From a virus: a DNA stretch of 44,457 nt. This document shows positions 1 through 9,085 of the stretch, in pieces; position 1 is the first letter of the stretch; each line of letters opens with the position of its first letter. Both the position numbers and the translations under genes were made by a program. Below the pieces are notes generated by a model, which was not told the DNA's origin, did not search any database, and saw nothing but the letters and a program-made list of their open reading frames with translations. The stretch is taken from positions 1-44,457 of the IMG/VR virus record IMGVR_UViG_3300017922_000005. One strand, 5' to 3'.

Positions 1-138
1 CATTTTATGCAGCATTCGTTCTTGAACACAATGTGTATCATCACGTAGATAAACTGTATCTGTATGCCATTCAATTCCCACAACTGTCCACATCCTTTTC
101 TCAATTGTATCCCATGCTCTGAATTTAAGTTCTCTCAA
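1..138 (-). CDS. YopX-family protein, 5' part only (runs off the left edge); not in ORF track
   Basis: GGGGTGATGAT-TTG start overlapping the upstream TGA; translates MRELKFRAWDTIEKRMWTVVGIEW..., matching the MREIKFRAWD N-terminal signature of YopX proteins. Confidence 0.7.
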   Translation of the reverse strand, partial: MRELKFRAWDTIEKRMWTVVGIEWHTDTVYLRDDTHCVQERMLHKM

Positions 139-527
139 ATCATCACCCCATAAGTTATATCAAACTCTTTTATATCAATGATTTCTATAAGTCCAGCATC
201 GTGAACACAATGTTGTTTTTCAATCTGCTCTCGAAATATTGATGCAGCCTCATGCATATTTGGGGCAACAATTGTCTTATCGAATTCTTCTGATATTACA
301 TTATACATCTTCAATTTGCGCCCTTTATGAGTAGCATCAGTATCTTTTGTTTTCTCATCTTTCTGCCTCTCAAGATATTTATCATACACATCATTACTCA
401 TACGACATACTTTCACATCCCAGTCCATCGACTAAACCATATACCCATACTCTTTTACAAGATTCTGGATAAAATTATGTATCTTGCTGTCAATTTCTTT
501 TGATTCATTTACTTTAATATTGCTCAT
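135..527 (-). CDS. Hypothetical protein, 130 aa, with in-frame TAG at 432-434
   Basis: GAGTGATTGA-ATG start at 527; MSNIK...YGYMV-TAG-S-MDWDVK continues in frame into the track ORF 135..428, whose ATG lacks an RBS. Confidence 0.7.
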
Positions 528-531
528 TCAA

Positions 532-888
532 TCACTCTTCCCTGTATAGGACGATGGTTGTCATCTTGTCATGTACATATGAAAGTACTTTGCTAATCCC
601 CATTACCGTTGTAACGAAAATCACGGCGAGTCCTGTCGAAAGAGGAAGGGCCTCAGTAATTGTTCTTTTTGGGATGTTATTTGTGGCAAATATCCACCAT
701 ATAGAATATATTACTGAATATATGACGAATATAAGCACTAAAGAAAAGGCGATCCCTCTCAAAATACTCCACGGAGTGATGAAAATATCTCTATCAGGTT
801 CTAATCCAGTATATATTCTATAAGAATATAACATCTCTTCTCCGAATATTGCTAACAATATGTTTTTAACTTTATCTGCAATTTTCAT
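532..888 (-). CDS. Membrane protein (two hydrophobic segments)
   Basis: 118 aa; ATGA overlap with upstream gene; hydrophobic stretches GIAFSLVLIFVIYSVIYSIWWIF and LSTGLAVIFVTTVMGI. Confidence 0.7.
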   Translation of the reverse strand: MKIADKVKNILLAIFGEEMLYSYRIYTGLEPDRDIFITPWSILRGIAFSLVLIFVIYSVIYSIWWIFATNNIPKRTITEALPLSTGLAVIFVTTVMGISKVLSYVHDKMTTIVLYREE

Positions 889-1331
889 TCAATCAACTCT
901 GGATTTTCGTAGATGTTTCCAATTATTTCTACTTCGCCTCGTGAAATATATCCACCTGCACAGGAATCTAATGTGACAAAATCACCGTTGCCTACTTCTA
1001 CTGCCCACCTGCCACATTCCCATACAACATGTCGGATACACCACTGTTTATCATTACCGTTCAATGCTATTTTCACAACATCCCCTTCGTAAATCTCCTT
1101 GCCGTTTTTATCACGAAGTCCGGTGAATTGTCCAATTGTTTCAGGTTTGACTACATGTTTTACAGTACCAACAGCCAATGACTTTGTATCGTCATTATCA
1201 ATAATCCATGTGTTATGGGGATCTTGTAGAACTCCTGAACCGTGCACCATTTTGGATTCAAATTTATGCCGCCCAAAATTTTTCGGCGGTTTTGTCATCG
1301 CTCTGAATTTAATTTCTCTCATTTTTTCCAA
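885..1331 (-). CDS. YopX-family protein
   Basis: MREIKFRA N-terminus, TIGQFTGLRDKNGKEIYEGDVV and EIIGNIYENPELI motifs. Confidence 0.9.
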   Translation of the reverse strand: MEKMREIKFRAMTKPPKNFGRHKFESKMVHGSGVLQDPHNTWIIDNDDTKSLAVGTVKHVVKPETIGQFTGLRDKNGKEIYEGDVVKIALNGNDKQWCIRHVVWECGRWAVEVGNGDFVTLDSCAGGYISRGEVEIIGNIYENPELIE

Positions 1332-1620
1332 TCTCCTTCCATGTTTCCAGTGTAAGTTCTACAGAATCCCAATTTGAAACTGCACGGTCGTCTATATAAA
1401 TAGTTGCCCTGGGTTTGTCAAGCAGGATTTCATCATATGGAATCTCATGTGCAATAAGAAATCCCAATATTTCATTGTATCTCTCTACATTATTGGCAGT
1501 CCATATAGTTATATGCCAGCCTTCTTCACGGAGTTTCTGCATCATGGATTTAGAACGTGGGATTAACTCCCACGTATCTTCATCGCAGATTATTCCATCA
1601 AAATCTACAACCGCTCTCAT
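1309..1620 (-). CDS. HAD-superfamily phosphatase (small stand-alone viral type)
   Basis: DFDGII motif I, IWTA motif II, KP and YIDDR motifs III/IV. Confidence 0.85.
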   Translation of the reverse strand: MRAVVDFDGIICDEDTWELIPRSKSMMQKLREEGWHITIWTANNVERYNEILGFLIAHEIPYDEILLDKPRATIYIDDRAVSNWDSVELTLETWKEIGKNERN

Positions 1621-1626
1621 GTTCCC

Positions 1627-2004
1627 TCATACCTTAATGTTATAATCTTCAAAATCCAGTTTTTCCTTGGACATAATTTCAAGTACAACATCCTCGGTTT
1701 CTCTATCGAAATTCCGAATCTCCGGATTGATTTCATCTATATCACAACCAATGCGCCTGTGCCGATCTATGTTAGCCAATCCGGCTTCTTTTTTGAGTGC
1801 AAATATTTTGCCTTCAATTGGTTGCTTTTTGACTTTCAGGTCTTCAATTTGCTGGTTGATTTCATCTCTCTGTTCATAAAGGTCAGCGTTATTCTCTTTG
1901 AATTCTTGTAATTTGGATTTTACAAGTTCGCATCTTTTTTGTTCCCTACGCTGTCTGTACAACCTTTTTATGGATTCTCGCTGGTATTTGGGTGTTTTTG
2001 CCAT
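1627..2004 (-). CDS. Hypothetical coiled-coil protein
   Basis: 125 aa ORF in the tightly packed minus-strand operon. Confidence 0.7.
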   Translation of the reverse strand: MAKTPKYQRESIKRLYRQRREQKRCELVKSKLQEFKENNADLYEQRDEINQQIEDLKVKKQPIEGKIFALKKEAGLANIDRHRRIGCDIDEINPEIRNFDRETEDVVLEIMSKEKLDFEDYNIKV

Positions 2005-2005
2005 A

Positions 2006-2305
2006 TTATTGCTTCCTTATTGGTTCGAAATCTTTGAAAATTTTGAATATTCCATCTTCTGATAAACGTACTTCGGTGTGTCTGGATTCAGTTTCAGAGA
2101 TAAATAAGGTAATTCCTTTCTTATCAACATGCAAGAATGGATACCTATGTTTGTTCTCTATCTCTGCCCTCATTACATTCAGGCAGTTCTTACAGGTTAC
2201 TTCGTCGGGTTCCTCATTGATGAGGGCTTTCTCATTTAAATGAGCTCCGCACAATGCAGCACCATTCCTATTCATGTGTACCTTACGTACATGATTGCTA
2301 GTCAT
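2006..2305 (-). CDS. Hypothetical protein with possible H/C metal site (H..C...CKNC)
   Basis: 99 aa, operon packing with 1-2 nt gaps. Confidence 0.7.
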   Translation of the reverse strand: MTSNHVRKVHMNRNGAALCGAHLNEKALINEEPDEVTCKNCLNVMRAEIENKHRYPFLHVDKKGITLFISETESRHTEVRLSEDGIFKIFKDFEPIRKQ

Positions 2306-2307
2306 AT

Positions 2308-2568
2308 TTAATCTTCCTTCTCCAATGGTTCAAACGTTTTTCTGCCAATGGTTACCTTCTCCTTGGTTTCTTCTGCAAAGAAATTGAGCACTTTGGCAAG
2401 GAAAACTACCTGTTTCTTTTCAATAGCAGTTTCCCATTTAATATAATCATTTTCCGTCATACCAATAAGTATTTTACCACTATCATCTTCCTTTACAAGA
2501 ATACTGCGATCTCCATGTCCAGAAGATACCATTACCTTGTTCCTATATTCATCTGGATTCATTTTCAT
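2308..2568 (-). CDS. Hypothetical protein
   Basis: 86 aa, operon packing. Confidence 0.7.
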   Translation of the reverse strand: MKMNPDEYRNKVMVSSGHGDRSILVKEDDSGKILIGMTENDYIKWETAIEKKQVVFLAKVLNFFAEETKEKVTIGRKTFEPLEKED

Positions 2569-2717
2569 TTTCTTTTCTCCGGTTCTTCAAATTCAGTCTT
2601 ACATTGCCTACATCTATACTTGGGTTGTTTACGTACCCTTATGCGGAAATCGGCAGACTTACAGTTTGGGCAGGCAAGTCCGGAACTGTAAAGTTTGCCC
2701 TTTCTGAATTTTATCAT
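2565..2717 (-). CDS. Small Zn-ribbon protein, 50 aa; not in ORF track
   Basis: MIKFRKGKLYSSGLACPNCKSADFRIRVRKQPKYRCRQCKTEFEEPEKRK; ATGA overlaps with both neighbours; CxxC...CxxC. Confidence 0.75.
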   Translation of the reverse strand: MIKFRKGKLYSSGLACPNCKSADFRIRVRKQPKYRCRQCKTEFEEPEKRK

Positions 2718-5062
2718 GTTAAGAAATCCGCCAATGATCGCTGTCCTATCAATCCATTAATATCCCAGCCCATGGAGGAATACAAAAATTCCAGCTTTTT
2801 CATTGTAGCATCTCTCATTGCTTTATAATCTACAACTACTCCATCGGGTAGTGATGTATCCTCATCCACGGCAATGTAATTGGCTGGTGGATATTTGGAA
2901 GCTACCTTCTTGACCTTCACATAAAAGGGTTTGGTGCCTTCCTTGAAGTTCGTATTCAGGTTCTCATTTGACCACATGGCTGCCACTGCACGGTAGTAAG
3001 ATTCCGGATAGGCGTGCAAGGGCTTCTTGATTTCTGCCGGAACTCCAATCTCGGTTAATGGATATTGTCCTTTTTCCACTTTTTTTAATTCAGCAGAATA
3101 CTTCATATCCAATTCCCTCTTGGGCTTATAATTCAGAAGGTCAAGGATTAGTTCCTTTTGCAGGTTTCGTGCCAGAGTGGAAGAATCTGAACGAATAGCA
3201 TCAAAACCCTTCACTTCTAGCGCAGAAGGATCATCCTCATCAAAGGTGGTACCGTCAATCCACCAAAGTTTGATGGCGTATCTGGTCTTGCCTGAAAAAA
3301 TGCCGTTGCGTGCAACCTTTTCAAAGTCAATGTTCATCTTTGCATGTTCATATGGTATGTTGTATTGGCGTAGATGGAGAGGGAATTTACTATTCAGGTG
3401 TTCCTTGACTTCATTGCCGACTTCAATCAACTTCTTGAGACTATTGTATTTGGTTACGAAACCCACCGAATCCGTGTGCCCGAATACCCACTGATATCCA
3501 AGTTTGTTGACCTCATGTCCGCAGAAGTCAATTACACCACGGGTAATGTGTGTTACAGCATTGGCAATCCTCACATCATAAAACTTACAATGCTTATCGG
3601 CTACATCGCCATATACCGTGTTAATTGCTACCTTGTAGGCTTCACGGATTGCATTGGCAACCTTCCATTCTTTGGATTTATACTTTTCTTTATCTCGTTT
3701 CTTACCCCACTCGTCTTTCTTTTGAAAGATATCTTCAAGGAACGTCACGTATGCTCCCTTACGCACACGGTGTGGCATGAAGCACGTACCCCCGATATCA
3801 ATACAATCGTCAAGGGACACGCCTTCTGGGAGATTGGAGCCATCTTCATTTACCAATGTTTCTACAGACATATTACCGGACATCATGGAGAAGGGATAGG
3901 CAGAGGTCAAATCCTCAAATATAACATTCTCATGAAGTCCTACAACTGGTGGTCGGGGTTCGGCACCTTTTACCTTGCCATGCTCGGAATCGTGGGATGG
4001 GTATATGAACTGTGGCATTGCCCTACTCATGGCGGTTTCTACCATCTTGCCCGAATACAGGGTGTCTTCCAGATTGCAGCCAAAAATCCTATGGAAGGTA
4101 ACATGAGAACTCAAGATTGAAAGTTCCCTGTCAAGGAGCATCATCTTGTCCACATCATGATAATTATACTCCAATACTTCATCCGGATTCCTTGCCCATG
4201 CACGAGCAAGATATGCTGCATTCAATCCATCATATTTGGCAAGTCCAAGTTCCCTTTCCAGAATATCATTCAGGGAATTTTTAATATATTTGCGCCTCTT
4301 CAGTCTCAAATATCCAGCTCTGTAATCAAAGAGTGCTACTCCTTTAATCTTGGCTTTGGGATTCCCATTAAAGTCCACGTTCACACTTACCGACTTCATT
4401 GGACTTATTGGGCTAATGTCAATATTCAAAGTGTTACACCGTCTGATTATGTAAACAATATCATAACCTAACAGGTTAAACCCTGCAATGACATCCGGAC
4501 CGAATTTAGCAATATACTTTATCCAAGCATTCAACATCTCGGTCTCTGTGGGATACCAGTATTCAATCCTGCCTGCAGTATTGAACTTCTGGGCTTCCTT
4601 GATTGATGAGTGAAAGCAGAACTGCACGACCTTGCTGGAATGATTGAACTGGAAACCGATTATAATTATAGGCTCCGGTGCATCCATCATATACTTATTC
4701 GTGATGGGGGTATTATTGGAAGCTACCTCAATATCCAGTCCACAGACCAGAGGATCAGCTTTTTCTTCAAATCCTTCCTCTACTCTATCAATCCAGTATC
4801 GTGTGGTAAAAGGAGTCTTGGCTTCGTAGTGTCTATCACCACGTAATTTGCCAATGTCCTGTGCCATCTTACATTCGACTTTCTTGACTTTCACGCCATC
4901 CTTGGCAGTATAAACATCTCCCTCTTTGCATCCTTGCGGAGTAGGAACATCTACCGGAAGATAGAAGTAGGGGTGGAAATCCCACACTTCGTAGGACTTG
5001 CCTCCCCACGGAAATACTACAATTCCCGATCTATCGTTCTTGACAACCTGCTCGATCTGCAT
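2714..5062 (-). CDS. polB: Family B DNA polymerase with 3'-5' exonuclease domain
   Basis: ExoI DIEV, ExoII FNLLGYD, ExoIII YNYHD; motif A DLTSAYP, motif B KVAINTVYG, motif C FGHTDS; KTRYA and KGFDAIRSD. Confidence 0.95.
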   Translation of the reverse strand: MQIEQVVKNDRSGIVVFPWGGKSYEVWDFHPYFYLPVDVPTPQGCKEGDVYTAKDGVKVKKVECKMAQDIGKLRGDRHYEAKTPFTTRYWIDRVEEGFEEKADPLVCGLDIEVASNNTPITNKYMMDAPEPIIIIGFQFNHSSKVVQFCFHSSIKEAQKFNTAGRIEYWYPTETEMLNAWIKYIAKFGPDVIAGFNLLGYDIVYIIRRCNTLNIDISPISPMKSVSVNVDFNGNPKAKIKGVALFDYRAGYLRLKRRKYIKNSLNDILERELGLAKYDGLNAAYLARAWARNPDEVLEYNYHDVDKMMLLDRELSILSSHVTFHRIFGCNLEDTLYSGKMVETAMSRAMPQFIYPSHDSEHGKVKGAEPRPPVVGLHENVIFEDLTSAYPFSMMSGNMSVETLVNEDGSNLPEGVSLDDCIDIGGTCFMPHRVRKGAYVTFLEDIFQKKDEWGKKRDKEKYKSKEWKVANAIREAYKVAINTVYGDVADKHCKFYDVRIANAVTHITRGVIDFCGHEVNKLGYQWVFGHTDSVGFVTKYNSLKKLIEVGNEVKEHLNSKFPLHLRQYNIPYEHAKMNIDFEKVARNGIFSGKTRYAIKLWWIDGTTFDEDDPSALEVKGFDAIRSDSSTLARNLQKELILDLLNYKPKRELDMKYSAELKKVEKGQYPLTEIGVPAEIKKPLHAYPESYYRAVAAMWSNENLNTNFKEGTKPFYVKVKKVASKYPPANYIAVDEDTSLPDGVVVDYKAMRDATMKKLEFLYSSMGWDINGLIGQRSLADFLT

Positions 5063-5071
5063 TTTATTTCC

Positions 5072-5236
5072 TCACGCACTTGTAGTATGTCCATTAAATG
5101 GATATTCTACATTTACAATGGCAACACTGGCTTCAATGCCATCTTCCTCAAGGGCTTTTTTCAACAATTCCCTGATGTATGCTGGTGCGGTGTTTTCCTC
5201 GCCACCTTCTTCTATCCGTAGATCGAAGTACATCAT
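5072..5236 (-). CDS. Small hypothetical protein
   Basis: GGTGAT-ATG start at 5236 (track start 5257 lies inside the upstream gene). Confidence 0.6.
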   Translation of the reverse strand: MMYFDLRIEEGGEENTAPAYIRELLKKALEEDGIEASVAIVNVEYPFNGHTTSA

Positions 5237-5237
5237 A

Positions 5238-6128
5238 TCACCTTTTGAGGACTTCATTCACTTTGTCTCTCACAAAGGAATCCATCATCTGGAAGTCTGG
5301 CATTTCCAGTGTATCATAACAATGCTTGCCCAGCATCTTCTCGAAGGTTGCATAATGCACCTTTTTACCATCTACCATGTCGGAGTGGAGTTTCACGATA
5401 TTCTGGGTATCAAATGCCAGATTCTTTTCTGACCTGATTTCCCTTGCCTTGGCATTGGAATCTGTGTCATTTCTCCTTGCAGAATAAATGATATTGATTC
5501 CCTTGGAACGCAGAGCATTGAGCTGGAGTACCAGATTCTTGTGCTTCTGCTTGATATCCGACCATTCAATGTTACCATCCTGTGCAAGTTCAGTTATGGT
5601 CTTACCAGCCATCTGTGCCTGCTGTCTCTTACCTTCATATTGAATCTCATCCCAGAAATCGGACATTGATTCAACAGCAACGATAGAACCTTCAGGTACT
5701 TCTCCCTCTTCTACCAGATCGCAAAGTTGGGTTACGAACTTGTTGGTCTGGTCGAGGGTAACTTCTATATCCATTACGCTCTTGTATTCTCCATCTTCCA
5801 TTACCCTTTTCATCACTACAGGCTCGACCACATTGATATCATACTTCGTGTCCGGAAATTCTAGAAGGCTTGTATCCTGTGCTCGAAATTCTGTATCGAT
5901 AATGAATACCGGAGCTATATTGGCTGCCGAACAGATAGTATAAGTCTTGCCATCTCCGGTATCACCATACAGAATCCAGTTCATTCCTTTGAAGATTGTC
6001 CTCTTGGTAAAGAATTTCTTCAAGGAATCCAGCCCCTTCTTGGAAGGAGCCTTGGGTGGATTTTTCTGTGCTTTCTTCTTGGATGTCTTGTCTTCGGATA
6101 GTGCGTCCCAATCTGCAGCTGTCGCCAT
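5238..6128 (-). CDS. P-loop ATPase, AAA_24/Sak4-like (putative ssDNA-annealing recombinase)
   Basis: Walker A GDTGDGKT, IIDTE, VAVESMSDFW; adjacent to SSB and resolvase. Confidence 0.75.
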   Translation of the reverse strand: MATAADWDALSEDKTSKKKAQKNPPKAPSKKGLDSLKKFFTKRTIFKGMNWILYGDTGDGKTYTICSAANIAPVFIIDTEFRAQDTSLLEFPDTKYDINVVEPVVMKRVMEDGEYKSVMDIEVTLDQTNKFVTQLCDLVEEGEVPEGSIVAVESMSDFWDEIQYEGKRQQAQMAGKTITELAQDGNIEWSDIKQKHKNLVLQLNALRSKGINIIYSARRNDTDSNAKAREIRSEKNLAFDTQNIVKLHSDMVDGKKVHYATFEKMLGKHCYDTLEMPDFQMMDSFVRDKVNEVLKR

Positions 6129-6129
6129 C

Positions 6130-7365
6130 TTACATCACCGCCACATATTTTGCGTTGTCGTTGAGTTCGATTTCACCATTCATTACCAATTCGTTCAGGG
6201 CGTTTTTTACGGATTCAGTATCGTATCCATTGCTGACTGCCTGTTTGACTGCTTCTTCACTGGAAATACCATCTTCTCCAGCGTACATTACGACTTTTAC
6301 CATCAGGGAAGGTGTGGCAGTCTTGGTCTCCTGATCATCACCAATGTCGGCAACTTCTTCCTTGTCGTTGGATGCAATTTCTTCATCATCGGGCTGGTTA
6401 TAATCAATTGCCTGATCAAAATCTTCCACATCTTCGGGGTTGTACTTGAATTCAGGTATTGCCCAGATTCCCATTGCGGTCATGGTTGGTCCATAATCTC
6501 CTTTGCCCTTCTTGGCAGAGGCAAATACTATGATTCTGGACATCTCACCAAAGTCAATTGGTGTGGATTCCGGTACAAAAACATTCTGTCCGTATTCGGT
6601 CTCATTGTCCAGTTTAATTGTACGGGAGCCACCTGCATTAAGTTCCATGTCCACGGAAATTACATCGGCTTCCGTTATCAGGACATCTTTCTTGCCATGT
6701 GTTTCCACCCATTCGGGCAGTTTCTCAATCTCGATTTTGAGGTCTTTGAGATTCTTGTCCACGTATTCGTCAACCCTGATTTCGTCCCCATCAAGGATTT
6801 GCATCTTGGTGGACTTGGTACCATTCCAGACTCCATTCTTGCCAAGTTTACCATTGAGCCGGATTTGAGTAAACATTGGAATTTCCATATTCTTGGCTTG
6901 GTCTCCCTTGAGAATGAAAGTCGTAGGCTTCTTCTCCTGCAGGTCAACACCCCAGAGAATACGCATCCAATTTGGTTTCATTGGTTTACCAAAGTTACGA
7001 TTTTCCATCGTTTTGTTGTAATCAAGAAATTTGTCCCTATCCAGTGGAGTTCCGGATTCGTCGGTATAACCTTCTGCAATAGCCTTCTGGGGGTTGGACT
7101 GGAACAATTTTATTGCGTCTTCCCTTGCGTTTGCACTGGAGTCAAATGCATCTTTCTGTCCGAAGACTAACATATCCAGGTTTTCGGTGGGAGCACCAAT
7201 GGACTGTTTTTTGAATCCCAGCTGGAGCAGCCTCATTGCTCTTTTTTCGGCAGTTGGTTTTTCAAATCCCTTGCCGAGTTCGGTCTCAAGGTATTCATTG
7301 AATTTTGTCTGCGCTTCATCTACACTTACGGAATATTGCTTTGCTAGTTCTTCTACGGTTGTCAT
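6130..7365 (-). CDS. RPA-like ssDNA-binding protein (OB folds, acidic linker, C-terminal winged helix)
   Basis: Beta-rich middle, acidic linker, C-terminal ...KNALNELVMNGEIELNDNAKYV; position in replication module; inferred by eye. Confidence 0.6.
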   Translation of the reverse strand: MTTVEELAKQYSVSVDEAQTKFNEYLETELGKGFEKPTAEKRAMRLLQLGFKKQSIGAPTENLDMLVFGQKDAFDSSANAREDAIKLFQSNPQKAIAEGYTDESGTPLDRDKFLDYNKTMENRNFGKPMKPNWMRILWGVDLQEKKPTTFILKGDQAKNMEIPMFTQIRLNGKLGKNGVWNGTKSTKMQILDGDEIRVDEYVDKNLKDLKIEIEKLPEWVETHGKKDVLITEADVISVDMELNAGGSRTIKLDNETEYGQNVFVPESTPIDFGEMSRIIVFASAKKGKGDYGPTMTAMGIWAIPEFKYNPEDVEDFDQAIDYNQPDDEEIASNDKEEVADIGDDQETKTATPSLMVKVVMYAGEDGISSEEAVKQAVSNGYDTESVKNALNELVMNGEIELNDNAKYVAVM

Positions 7366-7408
7366 TTAATCACCTAAGTCACGTCGAGCCACGTGCTGTG
7401 ACAGAAGG

Positions 7409-7801
7409 TTATCGGCTGTCACCCACGCTGCTTATATTGTTGGTCTCTTCATCCAGCAAACCGTCATCTTCACGGATAACTGGATAAAGCATCTGCATTA
7501 CCTGCATAGGTAAGATTGTCCACACATTGCCTGTGGTATCGCCTTTGAATTGAAAGGCAAGCATCGGAATTTTGTCTTCACGCTTGGCTTCATAGATCAT
7601 CTCATCAAGCCATTCCTTCTTGATCGTTATCTGTTTACCACCCTTGGAATCTTTTATGCCGGAGTATTTGACTTCGATATAAAGTTCGTCATGTAAGGTG
7701 TCAGAGGCGGTGTGCCTTGATGAGGAGCCAGAGAGGGGAGTTCTGAATGTACCAAATGTCTTGGCAATTCTACGCTCCAATTTTTTCCATGCTTTACTCA
7801 C
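7409..7801 (-). CDS. Hjc-like Holliday junction resolvase, PD-(D/E)xK
   Basis: WKKLERRIA, SGSS, SDT...YIEVK catalytic pattern. Confidence 0.8.
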   Translation of the reverse strand: MSKAWKKLERRIAKTFGTFRTPLSGSSSRHTASDTLHDELYIEVKYSGIKDSKGGKQITIKKEWLDEMIYEAKREDKIPMLAFQFKGDTTGNVWTILPMQVMQMLYPVIREDDGLLDEETNNISSVGDSR

Positions 7802-8417
7802 TTAATGCCTCCTTCTCCTGGAGGAATCTGGCTTCCGGAGATTCTGGGCATTTTTCAGCGATCTGCTGATAAAGTTCCTTAATCTTTCTCTCCTGAAACT
7901 CAGTACGACATTCTTCGGGTACCTTTTCATAAGTGGATAGCATATTCCTTAAGACATCCGGACTTTCCACCATCTCATTAAATGTCATGTCCTGTACCTG
8001 CTGGTATTGCATCTTGTTGTATTCAATGAGGGCTGTCTTGAGTTCGTCTATGCGTCTGCGGTTCTGCTCTATCCGGTCTCCCTTGGTGTGCCTGTTCTCA
8101 TTCAGGAGCTTGAGCCACTCTTTCACGAAATCTATAGGCTCGCTGTTCTTCCGGATGTCATTGCTAACGTGCTCCAGTAGGTCACGTAAAATGCTTGGAC
8201 CAAGGATAAGGAATGCCTGTGATCCTCTACTCTTTATTCTGCCTCCACCAATTTCGTCTCTCAATTCATGGGCTTTGGCTTTGTTATCTGCCCTAATCCA
8301 TGCAGAGGGAACTGGACTTGCCCTGCCTACATTAGAAGATTTGAACTTTGCATTATCAATAAGCTTCCTCCATTTGAGCATGAGCCGACCATCATCAAGT
8401 CTATCTTTTACTGTCAT
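7794..8417 (-). CDS. Degenerate LAGLIDADG-like protein
   Basis: KLIDNAK in place of GLIDADG, then ...ELRDEIGGGRI...LRDLLEHV...DELKTALIEYNK pattern. Confidence 0.45.
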   Translation of the reverse strand: MTVKDRLDDGRLMLKWRKLIDNAKFKSSNVGRASPVPSAWIRADNKAKAHELRDEIGGGRIKSRGSQAFLILGPSILRDLLEHVSNDIRKNSEPIDFVKEWLKLLNENRHTKGDRIEQNRRRIDELKTALIEYNKMQYQQVQDMTFNEMVESPDVLRNMLSTYEKVPEECRTEFQERKIKELYQQIAEKCPESPEARFLQEKEALSE

Positions 8418-9076
8418 TTACCATACACTTCCTTCATGAACCCTTTACGGGCATCGCCCATTTTAAGTTGGACTAAATCCTGTTCGGTTCGTATATACTT
8501 TCTTGCTTTAATGTTTTCACCCATCTTGTCAAAAATTCTCTGTTCGAATTCATTTTTCATATCGGTCATAGTTTGAGGCGGTTTGGTTCTCGCCTGTCTG
8601 TGTTCATAATAAACTACGCACCTTATATGAAACTCATTAAGAAGCTCTCTCAATTCAGTCAGGAAGGTATAAAGACTGATGTGCCTCTTCTTACAGAGTT
8701 CAGCCTCAACTTTTGTGGCGTAGGCAACATACCAGTTGCCATAACCTTTGACATCGAACTGGAAAGTCCTATGAAAATCATCTACTTGTGTAAGGATTGA
8801 AATATATTTGGAGAGAGTACGCATTGAAATACTCCCTCCATAATTGTTCTCTGCCTTACTTATTATGCCATACTCTTCCCGTAAAGCATCCGGAATATCA
8901 CTCGTACACATTATCTTCTTGTTGAGGAGAAGATCATATAGTGCAGCCAGTGTTTCATAGTCCAGATGCCTTTTACGTTTAAAACTTTCAATCCGGTCAA
9001 GTTCTTCTTCAAGGTCAATGGTCATCCTAATGACCAATGGATTCTCTTTCTTCTCGTTCATTGGTCTTAAAGACAT
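8414..9076 (-). CDS. Hypothetical protein (possible HTH)
   Basis: 220 aa, GAGGTG RBS, operon packing. Confidence 0.75.
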   Translation of the reverse strand: MSLRPMNEKKENPLVIRMTIDLEEELDRIESFKRKRHLDYETLAALYDLLLNKKIMCTSDIPDALREEYGIISKAENNYGGSISMRTLSKYISILTQVDDFHRTFQFDVKGYGNWYVAYATKVEAELCKKRHISLYTFLTELRELLNEFHIRCVVYYEHRQARTKPPQTMTDMKNEFEQRIFDKMGENIKARKYIRTEQDLVQLKMGDARKGFMKEVYGK

Positions 9077-9085
9077 CTTTGCACC

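Noticed and set aside
2714-5062. Intein in PolB (also checked TerL)
   Set aside because: Lengths are normal, motifs are contiguous, and no C/S...HN splice junctions were seen
5947-7170. 407-aa plus-strand ORF
   Set aside because: Antisense shadow of the SSB and ATPase genes; F/I/V-rich composition typical of reverse-frame reading, no RBS or motifs. The same applies to 3374..4120, 31804..32583 and most other opposite-strand track ORFs.
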